A DNA stretch of 64,000 bases from Rhizaria sp. SCN 62-66 (lineage: Eukaryota). The number at the start of each line of letters is the position of its first letter. Positions within the stretch are counted from its first letter, which is position 1. A program made the position numbers and the translations under genes. The stretch covers positions 1 through 64,000 of the forward strand of contig MEDY01000041.1 in assembly GCA_001724265.1 (NCBI GenBank). Direction: 5' to 3'. Below, piece by piece: positions 52,467 through 63,914 of this stretch. The notes under the pieces are model-generated. The model was not told the DNA's origin and did not search any database. It saw only the letters and a list, made by a program, of their open reading frames with translations.

Positions 52467-55400
52467 TTACTGCGTTGCGTTGGCGCGATCGATGTCGGGC
52501 TTGACCATGGTCATGAAGACCTGGGCCAGGTCCGTGTTGTTGACGCTGTAGCTGGAGACGGCCAGACGCACCTTGTTCTCCTCGACGCGGCGAAATACTG
52601 TCGCCAGCGTCGTCGCGCGCTGGTCGACGGTGAACTTGAGCGTCTGGCCGTGCGCTGACACCCACACGACACCGGGGAACGTGGTCTGCATGAAGCCGGC
52701 GATGTCCTGGTGCGCCTCCTCGGGCGCCGTGATCGTGACCTGGAAGCCGGAGCCGAAGCGCTCCTTGAGGTGCGTGGCCGTGCCGAGGCAGCGCAACCCG
52801 CCGCTGACCATGATGCCGATGCGGTTGCACAGCGCCTCGCACTCCTCCATCAGGTGTGTGGTCAGGATAACGGAACGGTTGGCCATCGTGGACGAGATGA
52901 GGCGCCACATCGAGCGGCGCGCCTGCGGGTCGATGCCGGTCGAGGGCTCGTCCAGGATCACGATCGGCGGGTTGCCGATGAGCGCGATGCCGACCGAGAG
53001 CTTGCGCTTGTTGCCGCCCGAGAGCGTGTCGGCGCGCTTGTTGGCGTACTCCTCGAGCGTCAGGTGGCGGATCAGCGCGGTCACGGCGCGGTCGACGTTG
53101 AAGCTAGCGACGCCCTTAAGGCGCGCGAACATGTTCAGGTTCTCGCGGACCGAGAGCTGCGGGGTGAAGGCGTCGAACTGGGGGCAGTAGCCGATGACCT
53201 GGGAGATGGCGCTGGCGTTGGTGAGGAGATCGAAGCCGCTGACGGTGGCCGTGCCGCTCGTGGGCTCGACATCACCAGTGACCATCTTCATCGCAGTCGT
53301 CTTACCAGCGCCGTTGGCACCGAGGAAGCCGAAGCACTCGCCCTTGGAGATCGAGTACGCGAGGTCCGAGACGGCGATGAAGGGCGCGCCCGTGGGAGTC
53401 TTGTACACCTTGCGGAGGCCGCGCAGCACGACGGGGAAGCGCTCGCTGTTGTCGTAGTCGCCGCGCAGCACGGCGGTGTGCTCAGCCGCCACGTCGGCGT
53501 CCTGCGGCGCGGCGCGCTCCTGGGGCGTGGGGAACATGATGTTCGCGGGCGTGCGCGCGAGTAGACGCGAAACGGCCCCGGTCTCGATGATGATAAGCAC
53601 GGCCAAGTAGAGCACGAACGACGCGACCATGCCGATGATGCTGCTGCCGGCGCGCTCGAACGAGAGGAGATCCGAGGTGTCGTTAGCAATCATGGTGGCG
53701 ACGAGACCCCAGACGAGGTTGGCGGGCGGAACCAGGAACACCAGGCCGCGGATGACACCTTCGGGCATGTTGATGAAGGAGGCGAGCGCATAGAGCAGCA
53801 TCACGCCGAGGCAGAGAACGTAGTTGAGGATGTAGATGAACGTCTGTGAGCGCGCGGGCTTGTCGGCCAGGAACGAGAGCATGTACGAGAAGGGGATCGA
53901 GGAGATGACAAAGAGCCAGTAGAGCAGCGCGGCGATGCCGAAGCGGGTGCCCATGTACATCTCCGAAATGCCGAAGGCGATGTTGCAGATGAAGATGACG
54001 AAGAATGGCAGGATGGAGCACGTGATGTCCCACATGGCGTGGCTGAGCCAGTACGTGATGCGCGACGCGCCCGAGATAAGCTGCAGGTGCTTGCTATTGT
54101 TGACGCGCTCCTGCACGATAAAGTAGGCGAAGCCCGAGATGACCATGAGCGCCACCATGACCATGCCGAAGCACGCGGCCACGGTGAGGAAGATGGCCTG
54201 CACAGCGCGGTTGTTGGTGAAGCTGCTCTCGCTGACCTCGACGTCGAGCGTCGGCGCGGGGCCCTTGCGGCCGAGCGCCTTGTGGCCCATCCGCAGCACG
54301 GCGTTGGTCATCGACACCAGCGTCGCGGGCAGTGCGTCGGGCGTGGTGATGTTGACTGCAATCGACAACGACAGCTTGCTCACGGTCGCGACCGAGGGCA
54401 GCGCGGGGACGTTCTCGGCGCCGCACGCCATCACCATCGCCGGGTACAGCAGCGCGCGCGAGCCGCGGAGCTCGAGCTGCTGGGTCAGATTGTTCAGCGA
54501 CGTGGGGTCCGCGCAAGTCACGTCGGCGAACTCGGCGGGGACGTCGGCACGCACCAGCTCGACGCCGTCGCTGTCGAGGTACGATGCGTAGCCAGTCATC
54601 AGGTCGCGCGCGGCCGCGGTCTCGGAGCCCAGCACGGGGGCGTAGACGGTGCGCGGGGCCGGGTAGAGGTCTTGGAACGCCAGCGGGCGCACGCTGCCGA
54701 AGTTGAAGACGAAGATCTGGACGAAGAAGAGGATACCGACGTACATGAGGATGGGGTTCATGAGCTGCCAGCGCAGGTGCGCGCCGTCGCGGAAGCTCGC
54801 GAGCGCACGCTTCTTATACAGCGCCGAGAAGAGCATGCACGCGACGCCGCGGTTGAGGCGGCGCGCGGCGTAGTCGTCGCCCCACATGTCGCTATCATCG
54901 CCCTCGCCCTCGGAGCCGCCGAGGGGGCCGCCCAACAGGGGCACGCTGTTGCTGATGCTGCTGCTGTTGTTGTTGCTACCAGAGCCGTAGCCTGTGTCAG
55001 CGGCGGCAGCGGCAGCGGCGGCGCGCGTCTCGTCGCTGTCGTCGTCGTTGACTGAGGCGGCGTTGGCGACGTTGAGGAAGACCTCCGTGAGCGACGTGAT
55101 GGTGACAGCGTAGGCCTCGACGCCCAGTGCGGCGCGCTCCGACTCGAGCGAGTCAAGCACGGGCGGCAGCGCCGAGACCGCGGCCATGGGCACCGCGTAC
55201 ACGATCACGCCCGCAGCGTCCGAGAGCAGCGTGAGCGCGGGCAGGAGCCGGCGCAGGTGCGTGTCGATGCGGGAGCCGCTGGTGGTGGTGACGCCCGCAC
55301 TGCCGGTAAAGCCGAGCGGGACCGGGGAGGCGAGGCCTTCCGCGGCCACGCCCGGCTGCGCGTGGCTGGCGCTGTTGTGCACTGCGGCGGCCGCGGTGCG

Positions 55401-57936
55401 CTCGGAGACCTTGGTAATGGTGAGCGTGTAGCCGGCGCCGTACGTCTGCTTGAGGTAGTGGACCGAGCCCATGGTCTGGAGCGAGCCGTCGGCCATGATG
55501 GCCACGCGGTCGCAGATCTCGGCCTCCTCCATCGAGTGCGTCGTGAGCACGATGGCGCGGTTCGCGCGCTCCTGCTGCAGCAACGCGCGCACCGAGGCCT
55601 GCGCCGCGACGTCCAGTCCTGAAGTCGGCTCGTCCAGGATCACCAGCTGCGGGTCACCGATCAGCGCCATGGCGAGCGACACGCGGCGCTTCTGCCCGCC
55701 CGAGAGCGTGCTGATCTGCGCCTCGGCCTTGCAGTCGCCCGCGGGACCCAGTCCGACGCGGTCGATCCAATCGTTCACAGCGCGCTCGCGCAGCGCCTCG
55801 GGGACGTTCTTGAGACGCGCGAAGATGTCGATGTGCTGGCGCACAGTGAGGTTGGGGTACTGGACGTCGTGCTGCGGGCAGATGCCCAGCGAGCGGCGCA
55901 CTAGGTCCATGTCGGTGCGGATGTCGTAGCCGTTGACGCGCGCGCTGCCGCCAGAGGGGCGATACAGGCCGGTCAGCATGTTGATCGTCGTCGTTTTACC
56001 AGCGCCGTTGTGGCCCAGCAGCGCGAAGAGCTCGCCGCGGTAGATGTCGAAGTTGAGCTTCTTGACGGCGACAAAGCCGCCGAAGGACTTGCGGAGACCG
56101 CGAATCTTGATCGACTCGTTGCCCAGGAGCGCGCCCACGGGGGGCTCAACGCGCGCATTGGGGTGCACGGGCGCGGGGGCGTTGAAGACGACGTCGTCGA
56201 CGGAGTAGCTGTCCTCGTCCTGCTCGGCGTCAAGGTTGCCGTAGCCGCTGCTGCTGCCATCACCGTTGACGAGCGAAGCGCCGAGTCCGCTGGCGCTGCC
56301 ACCGCGGCGCGCGCGGCTGCGGGAGACGCAGGGCCAGTAGCGCGGCATGCAGGGAAAGAATATGGGCTTGGGGACGCCGAACTCGCTGGGCATGACCTGC
56401 TGCGCGTAAATAGAGAGGATGAGCATGACAACGGTGCTAACGACCATCATGCCCAGGCCCGTGGCGACGGTGAAGCCGTTGCCGACGGCGATGTTGGAGA
56501 GCGTGACGGCCTCGACGTAGACAGTGCGGGCGAAGATCTCCTTGAGTGTGAAGGACAGCGCGCAGCTGGGGATGAGGCACACTAGCGCCATGAAGTGCGG
56601 GTTCGAGGTCTGCGAGACGCCGAACACGGCGGCGCTGGCGAGCGTGTAGGCAAACGAGCCCACGAGCTGCGCCGTGCGCGCGGTGGAGAAAAAGGTCGAG
56701 ATAAACAGCGCGTAGGCGATGTTGGCGAGCGCGCTGAGGAAGAAGACGAGGAACATGACGATGAAGGACACGTTATTGATGATCGAGACGGCGGAGATGA
56801 GTGCGATAAGCAGCGCCGTGACCGTCATGGTGATGGCGAAGACGATCGCCCAGGAGCCCAGCAGAGCGGTGACGGGGGCGCCCATCATGCGCATGAGCTC
56901 GAACATGCGCGTCTCCTTCTCCATGACGATCGAGGTGAGCACCTGCATGAAGCCGATCGAGATGACGGCGGTGATGATGAAGGGCAGCATCGACGACGTC
57001 GAGGAAAAAAATTTCGACTTCTTGATCGGCAGTAACGCCTCCGAGGCGACGGTGTAGGTGAACGAGGCGGAGACTTCGGCGGCCGTGGGCAGCGTGTCCT
57101 GTGGGTTGAAGCGGACGGCGCCGTGCTGCTGCAGCACGCGCGCGCGCACGGCCTCGACCAGCATGAAGGCGCCGTTGGACAGGAACTGGTCGTAGCCGAT
57201 GCTGCTGTCGCGGTAGTCGTCGCTAATGAAGGATGGGTTGTAGTTAAAGTATGAGACGGGGTAGGCTGTGCGGATGCGCACGGTGTGGATGTTGTCTTTC
57301 TCGTCGTAAGACTCAGAGACGCCCGCAGCGACGTCGGTGGTATAGTAGTCGGTCACGGCTTTGTTGAGCTCCTTCTCCGTCTCGTAGTATAGAATGTTGG
57401 CCGCGGGCAGGGTGGTGTTTTGCGTGAGAATGGCGATGAAATCGTTGTAGGACTCAGTAGGCCCAGCATAACCGATAAAGTAGTTGTTGCTACGGAAGCT
57501 TTCGATGCCTTTGTTCAGGGTAAAGTCAGTCTGGCGCAGAGCAGCGGGCAAGCCAGGAAGCAATGAGGTGACCTCATCACCGTCGATGATGAGAAAGAGT
57601 AGGAAAGGGATGAGAGGAACAAGGACCTCAATCAACACGCTCTTCCTGTGATCATGAGCAAGGCGAGGAAGAGGAGGGCGGCAACGGAGAGGCAAAAACA
57701 AAGTGACAGAAAAACAACAGAAATGAGTGAATAGAAAACACAGGTCTAATCAATATTCAAATAGTTTCGCTTCTTAGAAGTTGTGCTATAACGCAGTAAA
57801 GTGTGAGTTAGGAGGATGAGACGTCGACGGGCTAGGGGTGGATGCTTCACGGCTTCTTGACATTTCTCATGTTGACGTACCAAGCACGACGCCTAAGCGT
57901 GTAGTTTTTAAACAACAAATTCTTCATTTGTGTCAT
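52467..57936 (-). CDS. Full-size ABC transporter of subfamily A; intron 57646-57880
   Basis: N-terminal KNLLFKNYTLRRRAW|K, IVMEKETRMFELMRMMG, and two nucleotide-binding domains (LLGHNGAGKTT/LSGGQKRR/LDEPTSGLD; FLGANGAGKTT/LSGGNKRKL/LDEPSTGID). TAA stop. Confidence 0.95.
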
Positions 57937-58515
57937 AGCGAAAAAAGAGAAATTAGGCCCGAAAAGGAACCAGGAACCGCTCGTTTTGTTCGTCACACAA
58001 AGTTTACGGCAACCGTCATGTCAACACCGATCCAATCCAACCACAAAAAAAAATTTACTTTTCGGCGACGTGACCGCTTCATGCAAAGTTGCCCTGCAAC
58101 GCCAAGTTTTCTGTCTTTTACACTCTACAACACACTTTGTTTTTCAGAGAATAAACCTGTTTTCAAGATGAAAAATACTAGAAAAACGAGTAAGATATGT
58201 GGTGACTGAGTTGTACATGATACTACGACAAATTTCCAGCATTTTGCATCCCATCCTTCACTTTTGCCGTGTGTGAGAGCGCGGACTGCATACTCTCATC
58301 ATGCCTACAAAAGCACATTAATGAACATCTATAATCGAAAGCATACATATGTTGTCTTTTACATATGATGTATTAGTTATAGCACAGAGCTGATACATTG
58401 AAGCACTAGATATGACTTGAATTCACTTATATTAATAACATGGGTCACCTTCACCTTGCACAACAGCCAAAGCCACTGCAATGCACTGTGTGTCTACAAC
58501 ATTGCGATCGGGGTC

Positions 58516-61500
58516 TCACCGTGCTCCGGGCTCGCGCCTACGGGCCCGGGCCGCAACTTGCGCATCCACGTGCTCATTTGCAGCCGCTGCCGCAGCCGCC
58601 GCTGCTGCGGCAGTGGCAGCGGCACGCGCGTCGTTGTTGTCACGCATTTCAACAGGAGCAGCACCACGAGCGGCATCCCGTGCAGCAGCAGCAGCAGCAG
58701 CAGCGGCGTCGGTCGCGGCGTCCAGTTCGCGCTCCATGCGTCCCGCGCGGCGCACCATGGCGCTGACGTCCTGGCGGCACGTGGGACACGCGCTGCTGCG
58801 CTCGAACCACTTCTTGACGCACGCGACGTGGAACGGGTGCATGCACGGCGGGCGCGTGATCTCGGCGCCGACCTCGAACGCGTCCAGACACACGGGGCAC
58901 TCAACGTCAACCATGGCCGCCGCCATCGACGCTGTGACCGTGGCGCGCGCCAGCGCGTGCAGGACGCTGCGCTGCAGAGGGCCGTCGAGGTCGCGGGCGG
59001 CGCGCTGTGCGAGCCGACCCTGCATGAGGTGGACGATGGGGCCGACGTCCTCCACCTCAGCCAGGCGGCGCATCATCCTTGCAAAGCCCTCGTCGCCGCT
59101 GTCGTTGTCGCTCGAGTCAAACATGTGGTTGCGGCCGCCGCCGCCGTCGCCGCCGACGCCGTCGTCGTAGTCGCTGTGAAACTCGTCGGACATGGCTGCG
59201 TCCGAGTCAGCCTCAAAGGACGCGTCGCCGTCCTCGTCTTCGTCCTCATCCTCGTCGTCGCCGCTGTCGTCGGTGCCGCTCATGCCGACGGGGCGGGCGA
59301 CGTCGCTGTCGCTGGGGCTCGTATCGCCGTCGCCACTGCTCGCGCCAGACGTGGTGTCAGACACGTCCGACCCGCTGAGGTCCTCGTCCGAGCCATCCAC
59401 GGCGCGGAACAGCGAGTCCAGCTCCCCCTCGTCGTACGCCACGCCGTTGATCAAATTGCCGTTATCACCGCGGTTAGCAGCGTTGGCGCGGTCGTTCGCG
59501 GCGGCGGGGCGGCGGAACACAGGGTCGTTGGCGCTCAGCTCGCGGTCGCTATCGTGATCGCTCACCTGCGCCGCGCCTCCATCGCCGCCAGCACGCGCAA
59601 CGTGTTGCTGCGCGCGCTCTCCGCGGTTGTCACGGTCGAAGCTCTCGTCGCGGTCGCGGCGGTCACGACCGGAGCCCTCCCCTGCGGCGGCGACGGCGGC
59701 GATGCGTTGGCGGCGCTGCAGGCGGGCCGCGCGGCGCTGCCCGGCGACCTCGTCCCGCCGCCGTTGCACCGCCGCGGGGTCCGGCTGCCACCCGTCCTCG
59801 TCTCCATCTCCGTCCGCGCCTGCGCGCCCGGCGGCGGCGGAGGCGGCGGCGGCGGCGTCGCGCCAGAGCGCGCGGTGCTCGGCGTGGAAGGCCTCGCGCC
59901 GCGCCGCGCGCCGCGCCTCGCGCCGCGCCACCTGCTCGGCGCGCCGCTCGCGTCGTGCCTCACGCATCTGCCGGCGCTCGTCCCGGTGATCGAGGCGCAG
60001 CGCACGGCGGCCGAGCGCCGCGCCGCGGCGCTGGAGCCAGCGCTCGCGGCGCTGCGCGTCACGTTCTTCCGCGAGCGCTTGGTGGCGCCGGGCCGCCTCG
60101 TCCGCGGCGCGTTCGCCGCCGTTGCCGGCGTTGCGGCCGTTGCGGGCGGGAATGGCGGGCCTGGCCGCCAGGCCCCGGAGCGCGACGTCACGGGCCGCCT
60201 CTGCGTTGCGGCGGGCCGCATCCGCGTTCCGCTGGGCCTCGGCAGCGTCGCGGGCATTAATCGCGACCACTTCGCGGACGAGCTCGGCATATTCGAGTGC
60301 GCCGCCGGCGTCCCGATGGAGGTGTGCATGCCCGAAGTGTGCGCGCCCCCCCGCGCGCGCGCCGCCGTCTTCGTTAGCGAGCCGCACGTGCGCGGCCTCG
60401 CTGCACACGCACATCTGGTCCGTGGCCCACGTCTGCGCGGTCAGCGGCAGCGCGGCGGCCGAGAGCAACCCCCGACAGTGGCGCCAATCAAGCAACTGGG
60501 TCATGAGGCGCAAGGTCCGCGCGGCGTCCGCACCGGGGTCGCCGAGCGGGGGAACGCCGCCGCTGCAGACTACAGCAAACGCGGCAGCGGTGTCCGAGGC
60601 CGGGAGGTAGTCAAGCAAAGCAAGTTGCTGGCTGCGACCCGCGCGCACAGCACCGACCCCAGCGCCAGCATCCGCGCTGGCGCCAGCGTTCCCGGCACTA
60701 GAACCGTCAGAAAGAGCAGCACTGCCGTTCGCACTCACACTTGCAGCGTTCGCCGCCGCTGCCGCCGCAGCAGCAGCAGCAGCGGCCGCAGCCGCAGTGG
60801 TAGTGAAAAGGGCAGAGGCACTCGCGTGCGCGGCACGAGCGTTGCCGTCCGCCGCGGGGGCGTTGTGGGACAGAAGCGGCAGCATCTGTGCATGCAACAC
60901 AGTGTAACCCAGCTTGTCGAACGCATTGCAGGTGTATCCCGCAGATGCGGCCCGCCCCGGCCGCGCGCGCAAGTCGGCCTCGCGCGCCTGGGTCCAGTTA
61001 AGCTCGTCCTCGGGCGTCACGGCCGCCGTTGCAGCTAGCTCGAGCGCCGCCGCAGCGGCCGCAGCCCGCGCGGCGGCCAGTTGTGCCGTCAGATCTGCGC
61101 GCACGGCCCGCTGCGCAGCGCTGTCGGCCTGGCCCGCTGGCGCCGCCTCCGCCGCCAAGGCAACGCAACGAGTCTCGCAGAGGCGCAGCGCCCGGGCGAG
61201 CGCCGCCGCGTCCGCGCAGGCCCGCGCGGCAGCGTCGCAAACGTGCCCGTACCTGTGTGCATGCATCCGGTGCTCCGCAGCCAGCGCGGGCGCAGCGCTG
61301 ATCTCCAGCTCGACGTGCGTGCGCGTGCCGACGCAGCCCCACACGACGGCGCGGTGCCCGTACGGCGCGCGCACCACGGCCACGGGCGCGCCCTCGGCCG
61401 CGGCTACGGGCACCGCGCCGGCCGCGGCCACGGGCGCAGGACGGTCGCGCGCGAGGGCCAGGTGCGCGTTCATGACGCGGTGCGTGGCCTGCGCCAATGC

Positions 61501-62853
61501 GTGCGAGGGCGCGCTGGCGGGAGGGTTCGTGGACCCATCCACGGACGCGCCCAGGGACGTGCTCAGGATCACGTGCGCGGGCACGAACGGCGCCCGGACC
61601 GAGTCTTGAATCGCGAGAGTAACGGCGGGGGCTGCTGCTGCTGGAGCTGCAGCGGCAGCGGCTGCAAGCAAGCTGGCGTGTTGACACTGTGCATTGATGT
61701 CGTGATTTTCGGCATCATCGGAGACACACGGCGCGTCTTGGGACCCAAATGACCCAGACAGAGGTGTTAACGAGCTGGTCGCAGACAAAGCCGTAAGGAA
61801 GGTGATAGCGTGCCTCTTGATCGCCCTCGTTAGGGTTTCCGCGGCGGGGGCTGCAGCCGCGGCCTCACTTTGAGGCGGCGCAGCCTGGCTTCCCGCGAGC
61901 GACGACGACTCTTGCGCTGCTTGCTGCGGGGAGTTTTGTGCGAGCGCCGAGTTCACCGCCTGGCGGGCCTCAGCTTCCACATCCTCGGCAAACGTGCCTT
62001 CCCGTCTCTGCATATCAGTCTGCAGCTCTGTGGTGTAGTCTTGGAGCGCATGTGCCAGCGGGTACTCGCGCTCGGTGTCGTCGTAGTGCCGGTAGCGGAT
62101 GCAGGCACCATCGCGCGGCACGCACAGCTCCACGCCGTACACCACGGGCTCGCCGAACAGGTCCGCCGCGTGCAGGTCGCCCATGCGCACTGGCAGCGCC
62201 ACGTGCTGCTGCGGCTGCGGCTGCGGGTGCTGCAGTTGTTGCTGCCGCCCCGGCTGTCTCTGCTGCTGCGGGTCGCCGGCGGCGGCGTAGGCGGGTGCGA
62301 GGCGCGCGAGCTGCGCCAGCCGCTCCGTGAGCAGAAACATGAACGCGTCGCGCAGCGTGCTTTGGTCCCACTCGGCGAGGCTGGGCGGAAGCCATAGGCG
62401 GATGCGCACACGTTGCAACAGGAAGTCGGGCGCGTCGCGCGCGGGTTCCGGCGCCAGCACCGAGGCCGGGGGCGCCAGGCCCAGCGGCCGCACGGCCACA
62501 GTCGCGGGCAGCGGGCGCAGGAAGAGCAGCGGGAACAGGCGGGCGGCGGCCGCGGGGCTGAGGTACACCGTGTCGTCGCGGGGAGGCCCGTTTCCGTCGG
62601 CGCAGGAGTAGCGGGCGGCGACGGCCGGGGGGAAGCGGGTCGACAGCAGAAACGGGCATTCAGGCGCCGTGGGGTAGTTAGGAAACTGGAGCGCAATAAG
62701 CCAGTTGTCGCGCGCGTTGCAGCTAAGGCGGGTGGCGTCAGTGAGGTAGACTATTGCGTCGTCAGCTGCGTTGGCAGAGGCATCGGTGCCCCATGCTGCA
62801 GGGTCGAGCACGCTCAGACGCAGCGGACGGGCGTCCCAGACTTGCGCTGACAT
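58516..62853 (-). CDS. RING-H2 E3 ubiquitin ligase-like protein
   Basis: C-terminal CPVCLDAFEVGAEITRPPCMHPFHVACVKKWFERSSACPTCR, preceded by acidic and Arg-rich coiled regions. Start is taken at MSAQVW and is uncertain. TGA stop. Confidence 0.85.
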   Translation of the reverse strand: MSAQVWDARPLRLSVLDPAAWGTDASANAADDAIVYLTDATRLSCNARDNWLIALQFPNYPTAPECPFLLSTRFPPAVAARYSCADGNGPPRDDTVYLSPAAAARLFPLLFLRPLPATVAVRPLGLAPPASVLAPEPARDAPDFLLQRVRIRLWLPPSLAEWDQSTLRDAFMFLLTERLAQLARLAPAYAAAGDPQQQRQPGRQQQLQHPQPQPQQHVALPVRMGDLHAADLFGEPVVYGVELCVPRDGACIRYRHYDDTEREYPLAHALQDYTTELQTDMQRREGTFAEDVEAEARQAVNSALAQNSPQQAAQESSSLAGSQAAPPQSEAAAAAPAAETLTRAIKRHAITFLTALSATSSLTPLSGSFGSQDAPCVSDDAENHDINAQCQHASLLAAAAAAAPAAAAPAVTLAIQDSVRAPFVPAHVILSTSLGASVDGSTNPPASAPSHALAQATHRVMNAHLALARDRPAPVAAAGAVPVAAAEGAPVAVVRAPYGHRAVVWGCVGTRTHVELEISAAPALAAEHRMHAHRYGHVCDAAARACADAAALARALRLCETRCVALAAEAAPAGQADSAAQRAVRADLTAQLAAARAAAAAAALELAATAAVTPEDELNWTQAREADLRARPGRAASAGYTCNAFDKLGYTVLHAQMLPLLSHNAPAADGNARAAHASASALFTTTAAAAAAAAAAAAAAANAASVSANGSAALSDGSSAGNAGASADAGAGVGAVRAGRSQQLALLDYLPASDTAAAFAVVCSGGVPPLGDPGADAARTLRLMTQLLDWRHCRGLLSAAALPLTAQTWATDQMCVCSEAAHVRLANEDGGARAGGRAHFGHAHLHRDAGGALEYAELVREVVAINARDAAEAQRNADAARRNAEAARDVALRGLAARPAIPARNGRNAGNGGERAADEAARRHQALAEERDAQRRERWLQRRGAALGRRALRLDHRDERRQMREARRERRAEQVARREARRAARREAFHAEHRALWRDAAAAASAAAGRAGADGDGDEDGWQPDPAAVQRRRDEVAGQRRAARLQRRQRIAAVAAAGEGSGRDRRDRDESFDRDNRGERAQQHVARAGGDGGAAQVSDHDSDRELSANDPVFRRPAAANDRANAANRGDNGNLINGVAYDEGELDSLFRAVDGSDEDLSGSDVSDTTSGASSGDGDTSPSDSDVARPVGMSGTDDSGDDEDEDEDEDGDASFEADSDAAMSDEFHSDYDDGVGGDGGGGRNHMFDSSDNDSGDEGFARMMRRLAEVEDVGPIVHLMQGRLAQRAARDLDGPLQRSVLHALARATVTASMAAAMVDVECPVCLDAFEVGAEITRPPCMHPFHVACVKKWFERSSACPTCRQDVSAMVRRAGRMERELDAATDAAAAAAAAARDAARGAAPVEMRDNNDARAAATAAAAAAAAAAANEHVDAQVAARARRREPGAR

Positions 62854-63564
62854 CGTGCACAGAGAGGCAAGATACGTAGCCCTCTGACAATGCACGTAGA
62901 CTAGCGAACGGCACTCTGAGGCAAACCTGTGTTGTTTGAAATGGGTGAGAAAAGAGGTCGTTGAGGGATGAGACATCACTGGATTGTAGCAGCATTTCAA
63001 CAGCTCCGATGTAGCTATAAGAGCGCCCACAGAAGATAATCAATAAAGGACAAATATAAAAGCTGAATTTAAAACATGACCCGGCTAAAAATTAAGATAA
63101 ATCGGCCGGTGGCACGTCGATAGTATTAGTTTTCCAAGCTGGACTGCAAGCGCCAAGGGACGCCGCGAGCCCACCACAAACGCAGCGAGAGATACATTTC
63201 TTGTGATATCTTATTAATTTCAATGTTGAATGTAAGATTGAGCGAGTCAGCCGTTTAACTTTCACAATATATGTATTTTATTGTACAAAATACACGTGCC
63301 TGCATGACTACAATATGAGTACAGCGCGATATGTTCGATGTGAAAGAGGAGAGTATCAAGAAAGCATGAGGATGGGCTAGCCGATGATTTACTAGGAGCA
63401 TTTTTCGAGAAGATAAAGTTAATCTTTGAACAATTTGATTGATTATTAGATACGTTGGGAACATGTGGTTTTATTGAAACGGCTTAGTCTGTGATCGAAT
63501 GTGCTTTTGTCGCAGGATATCGCATGGAAGTTCCACGCACTTCGGAACCTGTCCCCGCCTCGTG

Positions 63565-63914
63565 TCACAAACGACGTTCGCATTTGCCCAGCATGCAGCA
63601 ATGCAACAGAGTTGTTACGACCTCCACAGTTTCCATGACACGTCTTGGTGGCACCTTAGGCAGTTTTCCCCTACCGAACCACCAGCCGACGCACTCGGCG
63701 CGGACCGGATACTTTGCACGGCCGCCGCCGTACCCTTGCTCGTGACTGTGCCCGTGACCGTGGCTATGGCTGCGGCTGTGACCGTAGCAGTGGTCGTGAG
63801 GGAACGCACCCTCACCTCCGGATGCGTTCGCAGTGTGGCTGTGTGGCCATGACTGAAGCAGTCTCCGTGACTACGGTGCCACGGTCACAGTCACGGTCAC
63901 GGCCAGATCCGTAG
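63565..63914 (-). CDS. Putative 3' exon of a gene entering from the right edge (His/Gly-rich; in-frame TAG at 63871-63873)
   Basis: After an ACTTAG acceptor-like site the frame reads TDLAVTVTVTVAP*SRRLLQSWPHSHTANASGGEGAFPHDHCYGHSRSHSHGHGHSHEQGYGGG... to TGA. No homology recognised. Confidence 0.4.

Noticed and set aside
58417-61038. 873-aa + strand ORF antisense to the RING gene, and the many other overlapping Arg/Ala/Pro-rich ORFs in the track
   Set aside because: Stops are scarce at this GC content, and the composition mirrors the sense-strand codons.
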